DNA of 64,000 nt, taken from contig JAWCKR010000003.1 in the NCBI GenBank assembly GCA_038851755.1, positions 15,294 to 79,293 on the forward strand, given 5' to 3'. Shown here piece after piece: positions 37,950 through 46,715 of this stretch. Made by a program: the position numbers and the translations under genes. The notes beneath the pieces were generated by a model. It was not told the origin of the DNA. It searched no databases and saw nothing but the letters and a program-made list of their open reading frames with translations. The first letter of the stretch is position 1, and each line of letters begins with the position of its first letter. Origin of the DNA: Candidatus Hadarchaeales archaeon (GTDB lineage: Archaea > Hadarchaeota > Hadarchaeia > Hadarchaeales > WYZ-LMO6).

Positions 37950-39014
37950 CTAACTCTTTCCAGCCTTCACTATCTTGTAGCCGGAAGCTTTCCTCAGCCT
38001 GTTCATCACGGCCACTCCCAGTCCCCGGAGGGGCACACCCTCGGCCAGGATCACCTCCACCCCCTGAGCCTCCAGCTCTCGAAGGGCCCCGAAGAGCCTT
38101 CTGGCAGCTTCCCTCGGCTCCCCCCTTCTTCCCAGCGAGGCCGAGGCCTCGGCCCTGCAGCGGGAAAGGGTTTCCTCCGTGGCCAGGATTCCCACTTTCT
38201 TGCCCTTTCTCTTAAGCTCCCCTGCCAGCTCCGACAGCTTCTCCTCCACCGCTTCCGGCTCCCCCTCCACCACCCACATCTCCGCGCTGGGGGCGTAGTG
38301 CCTGTGCTTCATGCCCGGCGATTTGGCCCTTTCCACCTCCACCTCCCTCTCGGCCAAGGCGGAAGGATGGAAGAACACCTCCCCCAGCACCTCCTCCAGG
38401 GCCTCTCTGGGAGTTCCCCCTGGGCGGAGGATCTGGGGTGGCGTGACCGTGAGGTCGAGCACCGTGGATTCCACCCCCACCGCCGTGGGGCCCGCGTCGA
38501 GGATCAGGTCTATCCTCCCCTCCAGGTCCTGCAGCACGTGTTCAGCCCTCGTGGGGCTGGGTCTTCCCGCCAGGTTGGCACTGGGGGCGGCCACGGGGGT
38601 ACCGCTCCTGCGGATGAGGGCCAGGGCCACTGCGTGGTTGGGCATGCGTAGGGCTATCGTTTCCAGCCCGCAGGTGGTGACGGAGGGAACGGAGGGCGAG
38701 CGCTTCAGGACCAGCGTGAGGGGTCCGGGCCAGAACCTCTCCACCAGCCTTTCCGCCTGCGGGGGCACCTCCACCGCCAGGCGGTGGAGTTCCTCAGGAT
38801 TCCCCACGTGCACGATGGGGGGGTTGTCCAGCGGCCTCTTCTTGGCCTCAAAGAGGGAGAGCACGGCCTTGGGGTTGAGGGCGTCGGCCCCGAGCCCGTA
38901 CACGGTCTCTGTGGGGAAGGCCACGAGACCACCCTCTCTCAGCTTCTTGGCCGCCACCTCGATCTTCTCGGGGTCGGGGTTCCGTGGATCCACCTTCAGG
39001 ACCAGCGTCTTCAT
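37950..39014 (-). CDS. sua5: L-threonylcarbamoyladenylate synthase Sua5/TsaC
   Basis: 354 aa. YrdC domain (FPTETVYGLGADA) plus C-terminal Sua5 domain. Confidence 0.9.
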   Translation of the reverse strand: MKTLVLKVDPRNPDPEKIEVAAKKLREGGLVAFPTETVYGLGADALNPKAVLSLFEAKKRPLDNPPIVHVGNPEELHRLAVEVPPQAERLVERFWPGPLTLVLKRSPSVPSVTTCGLETIALRMPNHAVALALIRRSGTPVAAPSANLAGRPSPTRAEHVLQDLEGRIDLILDAGPTAVGVESTVLDLTVTPPQILRPGGTPREALEEVLGEVFFHPSALAEREVEVERAKSPGMKHRHYAPSAEMWVVEGEPEAVEEKLSELAGELKRKGKKVGILATEETLSRCRAEASASLGRRGEPREAARRLFGALRELEAQGVEVILAEGVPLRGLGVAVMNRLRKASGYKIVKAGKS

Positions 39015-39055
39015 CCCCGTTCCTTCTACCGTGGAGTAAAAGAAGTCAGCGAGGG

Positions 39056-39131
39056 TGGTGGGCCCGCTGGGATTCGAACCCAGGATCTTCGCCTCGTCAA
39101 GGCGACGTCATAGCCGCTAGACCACGGGCCC
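39056..39131 (-). tRNA. tRNA-Val (GAC), CCA encoded
   Basis: Hand-folded: acceptor GGGCCCG/CGGGCCC, anticodon stem TCGCC/GGCGA with loop TTGACGA, T-arm CTGGG-TTCGAAT-CCCAG, discriminator A plus CCA. Confidence 0.85.
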
Positions 39132-39149
39132 CCATCTCCTCTCTCTCCC

Positions 39150-39166
39150 CCCGTTTTTAACCCATC
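39150..39166 (-). promoter_or_regulatory. TATA box of tRNA-Val promoter
   Basis: Minus-strand GGGTTAAAAACGG 22-30 nt upstream of the tRNA 5' end. Confidence 0.5.
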
Positions 39167-39813
39167 TCCCGGCCCTTTCCCCCCCTCCTCAGGGGGAGGG
39201 CCATCACCACTCCTGCCAGGAACCCACCCACGTGGGCCCAGTAGGCAACACCCGAGGGGGCCCCCGCCACCAGCAGGAAGGAAGCGCTCAGGAACTGGAG
39301 CACGAACCAGAAGCCCAGGAAGAAGAGGGCGGGTACCATGACCACGCGGATGAAGTAGAAGTACATGACGGCGGTAAGCACCCTAGCCCTGGGATAAAGG
39401 ACGAGATAGGCGCCCAAAACTCCTGAGATGGCTCCAGAGGCCCCTATGGCTGGAATGGTTGAGGAGGGATTGGAAAGGAGGTGTGAGAAGGAAGCCGCAA
39501 GCCCGCAGAGGAAGTAAAAGATCAAGAACTTCTTTCTGCCGAAGGCATCCTCTATGTTGTCCCCGAAGATCCAGAGGTAGAGCATGTTCCCGCCTATGTG
39601 GAGGAAGCCACCGTGGAGGAACATGGAGGTGAAAAGAGTATAAAGTTCCTTGCCTTGGGATACAAAAAAGGGTTTCATTCCGTATTCGTTCACGATTTCT
39701 TCGAAGGATCCCGAAAAGTAAGACCAAAGGAAGATCCCGAAGTTCAGGATTATGAGGAGGGTGGTAAGGATGGGTCTACGGCGGGTAGGGTTTTCGTCCT
39801 TAAGGGGAAACAT
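39157..39813 (-). CDS. Rhomboid family intramembrane serine protease
   Basis: 218 aa, 6 TM. Catalytic GASGAISG (Ser) and AHVGG (His) motifs. Confidence 0.85.
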   Translation of the reverse strand: MFPLKDENPTRRRPILTTLLIILNFGIFLWSYFSGSFEEIVNEYGMKPFFVSQGKELYTLFTSMFLHGGFLHIGGNMLYLWIFGDNIEDAFGRKKFLIFYFLCGLAASFSHLLSNPSSTIPAIGASGAISGVLGAYLVLYPRARVLTAVMYFYFIRVVMVPALFFLGFWFVLQFLSASFLLVAGAPSGVAYWAHVGGFLAGVVMALPLRRGGKGREMG

Positions 39814-40258
39814 TCTTTCAAGAAACTTGTTCTCCGAGTTTTTCTTTCCATCGGAATCGAGAATTTTTATTGAGCCAGGTTAGTATTCTCAGGCGGGAAG
39901 AGCGTCTTTCCAGCTATTCATGGAGTCCAAGGGTTTCACCCTTATCATCTGGAATTCAAGCTCAGACCCTTTCCTTTCCCTATCTTAAAGCTCCCCGGAT
40001 GGGACAGATGAGGTTTTTTGGACGAGATCGAAGGCCAGTTCTTGCCCACACCCTGCACCTTTGTGGACATTCCCGTTCGTAGTATACCCCCCGACAGGAA
40101 TTCCATTATCCAATCCTTTCCGGTAAAAGCTTAGTCTTCCCCAGAGGGTGAAGGGTTTCATCCCCTCAGGAAGAAATATGGGCCCATCTCGATTTGAATT
40201 ATAGGCAAACAAAATTTTTTTCTCGGTTTTCAGAAAACAAAAGTGAGGTTGTGGTCAC

Positions 40259-40462
40259 TTAGTCCCAAGTATTTGGATGCGAGGGGATTGGTTGCCCTTT
40301 GGAGGGAGGGCCTTTTGGCCAAGGGAATTTTGGAGGGCCGCTTACAGCCTGCGCCAAAAACTTAATCCTTTCAGGGTCAGCCGTACAAGGAGAAATCTCC
40401 CTAATCTCAATTTTCCTCACAAGAACATCTGCAAATAAGAGTTCTTCAAAATCCTCGCTCAT
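40259..40462 (-). CDS. Hypothetical protein (island cargo)
   Basis: 67 aa. Start overlaps the stop of the DGC gene (ATGA), suggesting co-transcription. Oligo-T runs downstream. Confidence 0.4.
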   Translation of the reverse strand: MSEDFEELLFADVLVRKIEIREISPCTADPERIKFLAQAVSGPPKFPWPKGPPSKGQPIPSHPNTWD

Positions 40463-40896
40463 TTCTCCATAATCGCCTTTATAATCAATTCTTTAGCCTT
40501 CTTTATGTCTTCTTGAGAAATGTATTTTTCAACGCCTAGGCCCTTGTCAATATCCGTGTGCAAAGCCACTTTTTTCATGCCTATGTCCCTAGCAAGCACA
40601 ATGCTTTTGGTTATCTTGAAGCCAGCAGCCTCTATGGTTTTTCTTGCGCACTCAAATGGGCAGCCGTCCACCGTTATTATCTTCTTCGCAGCTTTAGCTT
40701 TACCCAAAACAGGCTTTACACCAAGAGGCACCGACGGCAGACAGCCAATAGCCACCTTTTCTAAGCCAAGCTCTTTAACGACTTCTAAACACGCCAGTGC
40801 GCTTGTTAATCCTGTGTTGGACAAGCCGCCAAAACATGAGAACAAAATGTTTTCATGAGTTGGCATTCCTTCCTGCCATTCGCCTTCCTTTGCCAT
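40459..40896 (-). CDS. DGC-domain protein (putative zinc-binding)
   Basis: 145 aa. FSCFGGLSNTG and VDGCPFECA motifs of the DGC family. Low-GC codon usage unlike flanking genes. Confidence 0.7.
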   Translation of the reverse strand: MAKEGEWQEGMPTHENILFSCFGGLSNTGLTSALACLEVVKELGLEKVAIGCLPSVPLGVKPVLGKAKAAKKIITVDGCPFECARKTIEAAGFKITKSIVLARDIGMKKVALHTDIDKGLGVEKYISQEDIKKAKELIIKAIMEK

Positions 40897-41601
40897 TTAC
40901 ATCTTCTCCTCATACCATTTTTTGTTGATTTCGTATACTACACGCCTGCCTCTCTTAAGGCTTCTTTTAGGGTTTCCTCGCATCGTTTGCTGAGGGATAA
41001 AGGTGAAGTACTGGTGTCTGGCCTTGCTTAATCCCCTTCTGACCACGAGCATGGCTGGAACTTTAGTGAATGTTACACCTTCTTTATTCACTTCGGCTTC
41101 TACGAAATCTCCAAGCCTTATGCCATCAGTTCCCGTATAGTTGCCTAGGCTTTGGGGTCTCAGCCCACTGAAGGCCATGAGGGCTATTGAAACCCTAGCC
41201 CTTGGAGTAGCCATACGGAGGATTCTGTCAAGCTCCTCCTTGCTTGGAACCCTTTCGTTGGCTATGGTTGGCGTTTCATGCTCACCCCTAACATTAACCT
41301 TGAGCCTTACATCTAAGCCGTTATAGCTGAACCAGGAGTGCAGCGTCTTCTTGAACCTTGCAATGTAGGAGCCCACCTTGCCCTCCCTCTCCAGCCTGCG
41401 GACAAAATCGGTGAAAGCATCCCTGAAAGCCTTAGTCTTCGCAGCCTTAAGCAATGCTTTTGGATCAGTCCCATTAAGCTCGCAGTAAAACCCAAGATTC
41501 CTAAGGTAAACAGTGGCCGTCAAATAAGACTTAGCCGCCAAATTATCAAACCAGCGCCGAACATCCGCATCCTCAAGCAAATAAGCATACTTAGCCCTCA
41601 A
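40897..41601 (-). pseudogene. int: Truncated tyrosine recombinase/integrase (N-terminal core-binding domain + Arg-I box only)
   Basis: 234 aa. SAM-like N domain, box I ALMAFSGLRPQSLGN, beta-hairpin Lys. Lacks the HxxR...Y catalytic C-terminus. TAA stop immediately followed by the DGC start. Confidence 0.55.
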
Positions 41602-41644
41602 CCCTTATCAAATTATGGGAAAGAACATTCCATTATTTAAGGAT

Positions 41645-41661
41645 TCGCTTAAAAAATTAAG
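41645..41661 (-). terminator. Oligo-T terminator after tRNA-Ala
   Basis: Minus-strand TTAATTTTTTAAGC directly 3' of the tRNA discriminator base. Confidence 0.5.
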
Positions 41662-41736
41662 TGGACCGGGCGGGATTTGAACCCGCGACCTCCCGCATGC
41701 CAAGCGGGCGATCATACCAGGCTGATCTACCGGCCC
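41662..41736 (-). tRNA. tRNA-Ala (GGC), CCA not encoded
   Basis: Hand-folded: acceptor GGGCCGG/CCGGTCC with the G3:U70 alanine identity pair, D-stem GATC/GATC, anticodon stem CCCGC/GCGGG with loop TTGGCAT, T-arm GCGGG-TTCAAAT-CCCGC, discriminator A followed by CTT. Confidence 0.85.
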
Positions 41737-41756
41737 ACCCTACTGCATCAGGAGGA

Positions 41757-41778
41757 AAGGGATATAGAGGTTTTCGGC
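41757..41778 (-). promoter_or_regulatory. BRE/TATA promoter of tRNA-Ala
   Basis: Minus-strand CGAAAACCTCTATATCC, 25-33 nt upstream of the tRNA 5' end. Confidence 0.55.
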
Positions 41779-41782
41779 CGGT

Positions 41783-42219
<437 letters not shown>

Positions 42220-42313
42220 TCACCCCGTTATTAATCCCTTTCTGAGGCTCCCGGGCCCAGGACTGACAGCAGGGGTTAATATAGGGCCGGAGCCAGCGAG
42301 GAGCGGTGGTGGG

Positions 42314-42784
42314 ATGGTCAGGAGGTACAGGCTGAGGAAGTCCGAGATCAGGGAGCTGAAGGAAAGGGCGGCGAGGGAGCTGGGGAAGGAGGTGGAGGGG
42401 GAGACGTTCGAGGTGGTGGAGGAGGAGGGAAGGAGGATCATCCTGGTGGATGGCTCGGTCTCCCTCCTTGAGGAGGGGGGAAAGCTCCTTCCCTTCGTGG
42501 GGGCCGCAGAGGGACTGGGGAGGAGGGTGGTGGTGGACATGGGGGCGGTCCCCTACCTAGCGAGGGGGGCGGACGTGATGTCCCCCGGGGTGGTGAGGGT
42601 GGAGGGGGAAATAAGACCAGGGGAGGTCGTGGCAGTGGTGGACGAGAGGCACGGGAAGGTGCTGGCGGTGGGGGAGGCGCTGGTGCCCGGGGAGGAGATG
42701 GTGGGGAGGAAGGGGAAGGTCGTGAAAAACCTGCACCACGTGGGGGACGCGGTTTGGAAGCTGATGGAAAAAGGATTTAAATAA
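42314..42784 (+). CDS. PUA-domain RNA-binding protein (DUF1947-like)
   Basis: C-terminal 156 aa of ORF 42002..42784 starting MVRRYRLRKSEIRELKERA. PUA-like GxVRVEGE...GEVVAVVDERHGKVLAVGEALV. Upstream part overlaps Sm and rpl37e on the other strand and is rejected. Confidence 0.7.
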   Translation: MVRRYRLRKSEIRELKERAARELGKEVEGETFEVVEEEGRRIILVDGSVSLLEEGGKLLPFVGAAEGLGRRVVVDMGAVPYLARGADVMSPGVVRVEGEIRPGEVVAVVDERHGKVLAVGEALVPGEEMVGRKGKVVKNLHHVGDAVWKLMEKGFK

Positions 42785-42802
42785 ACGGCTTCGAGGTTTT
42801 TC

Positions 42803-43657
42803 GTGCTCCAGGTAGACGTGTTCTGGGTGTATGGGATAGGCGCGATGGCCGCCACGGCGGCCGGCAGGCAGCTGGCGGAACTTGGGAAGGCCAAGGCAGG
42901 TTTCAGGGAGGCCACCCCCTTCGGGAGCAAGTACTTCGCCCTGCTGCTCCTCTACCTCTCCCTGATCTTCGTGCCGGAGGCCCTCTGGCTCACCTGGAAC
43001 TTCCCCCACTGGGAGACCATGCACCTGGTGGGAAGCCTGGAGGAGATTCCCGCCTGGGGAATTGTCCTCTCGGCGGTGGGAGACATAGCGGTGGCGGTCT
43101 TGGGCTACTGGGTCGCCTACAAGCTCCTCAGCCGGGGCAAGCTCTACGCCGCCCACCTGCAGTGGGTGCTGGGCTACTTCCTCTTCTTCTTCGTCCTGAC
43201 CTGTGGCTGGGACGGGAGGGGGTGGGAAAGGTTCATGTACGACCCCACGGTGAAGGGAGGGGTTCTCTGGACCCCTGGCACCCACATGGGGCCTCTGGAC
43301 TTCGCTACGAGCAGGGTGGCCCTGACCCTCTACGCCATGGCGCTCCCCACCATCCTCCCACTGGTGGTCTGGGGGTACCGCTGGCTGAAGGAGGGCTTCC
43401 TGCTCCAGGAGCTCCCGCCGGAGAAGGCCTCCACCAGGGCGGCCGCGGGCGTGGGCTTCTACTTCGCAGGGGTGGGGGTGGCCCTCCTCTCCGCGGCGGT
43501 CGTCACCCTCCTCATCCACCTCCTCTCCTCACCCCTGGGTCTTCCCCTGGCGTATGTCCTGGGTTTCCTGATCTTCCTCCCCCCCGTCTACCTGCTGGGA
43601 CTGAAGAAGGGGAGACCCCTCCACCTCGCCTTCAAGAAGTACTTCCTGACGGATTAG
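42803..43657 (+). CDS. Hypothetical polytopic membrane protein
   Basis: 284 aa, about 7 hydrophobic helices, Trp/Tyr-rich. No family recognised. Confidence 0.5.
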   Translation: MLQVDVFWVYGIGAMAATAAGRQLAELGKAKAGFREATPFGSKYFALLLLYLSLIFVPEALWLTWNFPHWETMHLVGSLEEIPAWGIVLSAVGDIAVAVLGYWVAYKLLSRGKLYAAHLQWVLGYFLFFFVLTCGWDGRGWERFMYDPTVKGGVLWTPGTHMGPLDFATSRVALTLYAMALPTILPLVVWGYRWLKEGFLLQELPPEKASTRAAAGVGFYFAGVGVALLSAAVVTLLIHLLSSPLGLPLAYVLGFLIFLPPVYLLGLKKGRPLHLAFKKYFLTD

Positions 43658-43710
43658 GAAGCTCAGAGACGAGTCTTCATTGGGAATCTTAAATACTTAA
43701 ATAAAGGGAA

Positions 43711-44103
43711 GTGGATGGAGGTTGGGCGTCCATGAGAGCCTTCAAGAAGATCTTCCAGAAACCCGCGGGGGGGGCGGAAGGGGTGCAGGTGGTGGAGACC
43801 GAGGTGGCCAAGGAGGAGAAGCTGGGGATAGAGCCCATCCACATAAAGAGCATGAATCTGGAGTCCTCCGAGGACCTGAAGAAGGTGGGAGACGAGCTGC
43901 GGTCCGGAAACATCGTGATCCTGAACATCACCTCCTTCATGAGCAGGGACGTGGAGGGTCTGAAGCAGGCCATAGCCCAGCTCAAGGGGATGTGCTACGC
44001 CATAGGCGGCGACATAGGCAGGCTGGGGGACTCCTGGATAGTGGCCACCCCGAAGTACGTGACCATCCAGTTCAGGGAGCAGGGGACCGGTCCGGTCACC
44101 TGA
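43711..44103 (+). CDS. sepF: Cell division protein SepF (DUF552)
   Basis: 130 aa. C-terminal SepF core SGNIVILNITS...GMCYAIGGDI. Probable start at Met8 (43732). Confidence 0.75.
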   Translation: MDGGWASMRAFKKIFQKPAGGAEGVQVVETEVAKEEKLGIEPIHIKSMNLESSEDLKKVGDELRSGNIVILNITSFMSRDVEGLKQAIAQLKGMCYAIGGDIGRLGDSWIVATPKYVTIQFREQGTGPVT

Positions 44104-46006
44104 GCCTTATCGCCTCCAGGTTGGGCGGGGCCCTCGTTTCCACCCTGAAGATCTTGTGCAGGGTGCTGGCCAGGTTCAGGCATCTGCTTTCCTCCCCGTG
44201 GCAGCATATCACCCTGGAGGGCTTGGAGGAGAGCCTCCTGACGTAGTTGAGGAGCTGGTTCCTGTCCGAGTGACCGCTGAACCCATCCACGGTTTCTACC
44301 CTCATCTTCACCTCCACCACCTCCGCCCTGCCGTCCTTCCCCCTCAGGGGCACCTCCCTCCACCCCTTCTGGATCCTGCGCCCGAGGGAGCCCTCGCTCT
44401 GGTACCCGACGAACACCAGCGTGTTCCTGGGGTCCGGGGCAAGCTGCCTGAAGTACTCCAGCACGGGTCCCCCCGTCATCATGCCCGCCGTGGCCAGGAT
44501 CACGCACGGTCCCCCGTCCACGATGGCCTGCCTGTCGTCGGGCTTCTTTACCTGGATGAAGATCTCGGAAAGGAAGGGGTTGTCGTCCTGGAAGATCAGC
44601 TTCCTCAGGACGGGGGAGAGGTACTCTGGGTAGAGGGCGTGGATGGCCGTGGCCTCCCAGATCATCCCGTCCAGGTAGACCTCCCCTTCGAACTCTCCTT
44701 TGCGGTAGGCCTCCTCCAGCAGCATCATGATCTCCTGCGACCTCCCCACCGCGAACACCGGCACCAGCACCTTCCCTCCCCCCTCCATGGTTTCCCTCAC
44801 CAGCTGCAGGAACCTCTCCTCCGCCTCCGCCCTGGGGAGCTGGATGCTGTCGGGCCCTCCGTAGGTGCTCTCCATGATGAGGGTCTCCACCCTGGGGAAG
44901 GAACAGACGGCGGGGAGGAAGAGCTTCGTCTTGTCGAACTTGATGTCCCCCGTGTAGACCACGTTGTGCAGTCCCTCCCCGAAGTGGAGGTGGACCACCG
45001 AGGAGCCCAGGATGTGGCCAGCGTTGTACAGGGCGATCTTGAGGTCGGGAGAGATGTCGGTGATTTCGCCCCACTCCAGCGTGATGCAGTGCTGCACGAA
45101 GGTGCGTACCTCCTTCTGGGTGAAGGGGGAGGCCTTGTCCTCCTTCTCCCCCACCTCCAGGTAGTCCTGCAGCAGGAGCACGGCCAGGTCCCTGGTGGGA
45201 GGGGTGCAGTACACGGGTCCGTCGTACCCGTAGCGGTAGAGATAGGGGAGGAAGCCCACGTGGTCCAGGTGGGCGTGGGAGATCACCACCGCGTCGAGTT
45301 CGGCAAGCCTGCACTCCGGGGCCTCCAGGTGGGGATAGGCCCTGTCCTCCGAGGCCACGTTCACTCCGCAGTCGAGCATCACCTTGCTCTCCGGGGTCTG
45401 GAGGAGGAGAGAGGACCGCCCCACCTCCCTGGCACCCCCTAGCAGGGAGATCCTCAGCCAGTCCCCCCTCCCCCTGGGCTGCCTGTGGATTCTCCTCCCT
45501 ATCCCCTGCAGGATCTCCAGCTTCTTTCCGCTGTTCTGCAGGAGGGAGAAGCGTATGCCCTGGATGAGGTCGGACTGGATGGGCGGGGTCCGGACCACCC
45601 TGGGGGCCCACCCTATCTCCTTCATCACCATCCTGAGGGTGGAGCCGTCCCTCCCTATCGCCACCCCAGGCCTCTGGGCCTCCACCACCACCTCTCCCGT
45701 GGTCCTGTCGAAGAGGACGGCCGTTATTCCCGCCTCGGGGGGGATGAGCTCCCTTATCCTCTTCTCCGCCTCGCCCTCCTCCAGCAGCAGCTGGGGGTCG
45801 GGCCTCAGGATGATGCGCTTGTGGAGCTTCTTGGCCAGGTCCCTGATGGCATCCCCTCCCTCCGTGAGGAGGCTGAGGTTCTTGCAGTACATCACGATCT
45901 TCGGCCCCTCGAACTCCACACCTGAAACCGACTCTCCCAGCACGGGGTCCTGCTTGATGAACTCCTTCGCCTGTTGTAGCAGATCTTCCGTCGCCATGAG
46001 CTTCAC
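44096..46006 (-). CDS. Archaeal CPSF1 beta-CASP ribonuclease (two KH domains + MBL + beta-CASP)
   Basis: 636 aa. N-terminal KH domains, HAHLDHVG metallo-beta-lactamase motif, beta-CASP motifs. Confidence 0.9.
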   Translation of the reverse strand: MKLMATEDLLQQAKEFIKQDPVLGESVSGVEFEGPKIVMYCKNLSLLTEGGDAIRDLAKKLHKRIILRPDPQLLLEEGEAEKRIRELIPPEAGITAVLFDRTTGEVVVEAQRPGVAIGRDGSTLRMVMKEIGWAPRVVRTPPIQSDLIQGIRFSLLQNSGKKLEILQGIGRRIHRQPRGRGDWLRISLLGGAREVGRSSLLLQTPESKVMLDCGVNVASEDRAYPHLEAPECRLAELDAVVISHAHLDHVGFLPYLYRYGYDGPVYCTPPTRDLAVLLLQDYLEVGEKEDKASPFTQKEVRTFVQHCITLEWGEITDISPDLKIALYNAGHILGSSVVHLHFGEGLHNVVYTGDIKFDKTKLFLPAVCSFPRVETLIMESTYGGPDSIQLPRAEAEERFLQLVRETMEGGGKVLVPVFAVGRSQEIMMLLEEAYRKGEFEGEVYLDGMIWEATAIHALYPEYLSPVLRKLIFQDDNPFLSEIFIQVKKPDDRQAIVDGGPCVILATAGMMTGGPVLEYFRQLAPDPRNTLVFVGYQSEGSLGRRIQKGWREVPLRGKDGRAEVVEVKMRVETVDGFSGHSDRNQLLNYVRRLSSKPSRVICCHGEESRCLNLASTLHKIFRVETRAPPNLEAIRLR

Positions 46007-46016
46007 GTTGTGAGGA

Positions 46017-46682
46017 TCAGGAAAGCTTGAGGATTTCCTCGGGGGAAAGGCTCTGGATGCCGCTCTCCCTCACCACCAGCACCTCCACCTCGTTGCCGGT
46101 GGCTATGTCCCTCTTCATAGCGGTCCTCACGGCCTTCACCGCCACGGGGAGGACCTCCTTGACCTTGGCACCCTCCTTCACCTCGTTCTCCAGGACTCCG
46201 TAGGCCACGGGTGAGCCCGATCCCGTGGCCACCATCTTCTCCTCCGTGAGGGTGCCCTCCATGCCCACGAAGTAGAGCCTGGGGCCGTCCTCGTCCACGC
46301 CCCCCACCAGAAGATGGGCCAGGTAGGGCAGGAAGAACTGCGAGTGGAGGAGGTTGGAGGCCATCTTGGCCACGGCGCCCACCGTGATGGGTCTCCCCTC
46401 CCTCACCGTGTAGAGGGAGGCCTCCGCCCTCAGCATTCTGATCAGGGCCTGCACGTCTCCTACTCCTCCCGCCACGGTAGCGGCCACTCTCTCGGTTATC
46501 CCGTAGAGCTTCTTGGCTCTCTTGCTGGCGATGAGGTGTCCTGCCGTGGCCCTGGTGTCCGCGGCCAGCACCACGCCGTCCTTGCAGACCACTCCTACGG
46601 TGGTGGTACCGGTGAATTTCTTTGGGTCCCTCTCCACTAGCTCAACTCCCAGAAAACGACCATCCTCTCTTTGTGATTCCAT
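46017..46682 (-). CDS. psmB: Proteasome subunit beta
   Basis: Propeptide then TTTVGVVCKDGVVLAADTRAT (catalytic Thr). Start at Met61 of ORF 46017..46862. Confidence 0.9.
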   Translation of the reverse strand: MESQREDGRFLGVELVERDPKKFTGTTTVGVVCKDGVVLAADTRATAGHLIASKRAKKLYGITERVAATVAGGVGDVQALIRMLRAEASLYTVREGRPITVGAVAKMASNLLHSQFFLPYLAHLLVGGVDEDGPRLYFVGMEGTLTEEKMVATGSGSPVAYGVLENEVKEGAKVKEVLPVAVKAVRTAMKRDIATGNEVEVLVVRESGIQSLSPEEILKLS

Positions 46683-46715
46683 ATTTAAATTTTCTCTTTT
46701 CGATGGAAGTCGTGC

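Larger units (their letters stand above)
39830..41661. mobile_element. Low-GC islet: remnant of an element integrated at the 3' end of tRNA-Ala (truncated integrase + DGC-domain cargo)
   Basis: GC drops sharply relative to flanks. Truncated tyrosine-recombinase ORF begins 60 nt from the tRNA-Ala 3' end and reads away from it. Cargo genes and a 445-bp AT-rich non-coding stretch follow. No convincing att direct repeat found. Confidence 0.5.

Noticed and set aside
39814-41661. SSV-type integration with a partitioned integrase (intN/intC)
   Set aside because: In SSV-type partitioning the break lies inside int at the att core adjacent to the tRNA. Here the integrase ATG faces the tRNA and the gene reads inward for 234 codons before stopping against the cargo gene. 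A simple 3'-truncated (pNOB8-type) integrase fits better. No convincing intC or att direct repeat was found by eye.
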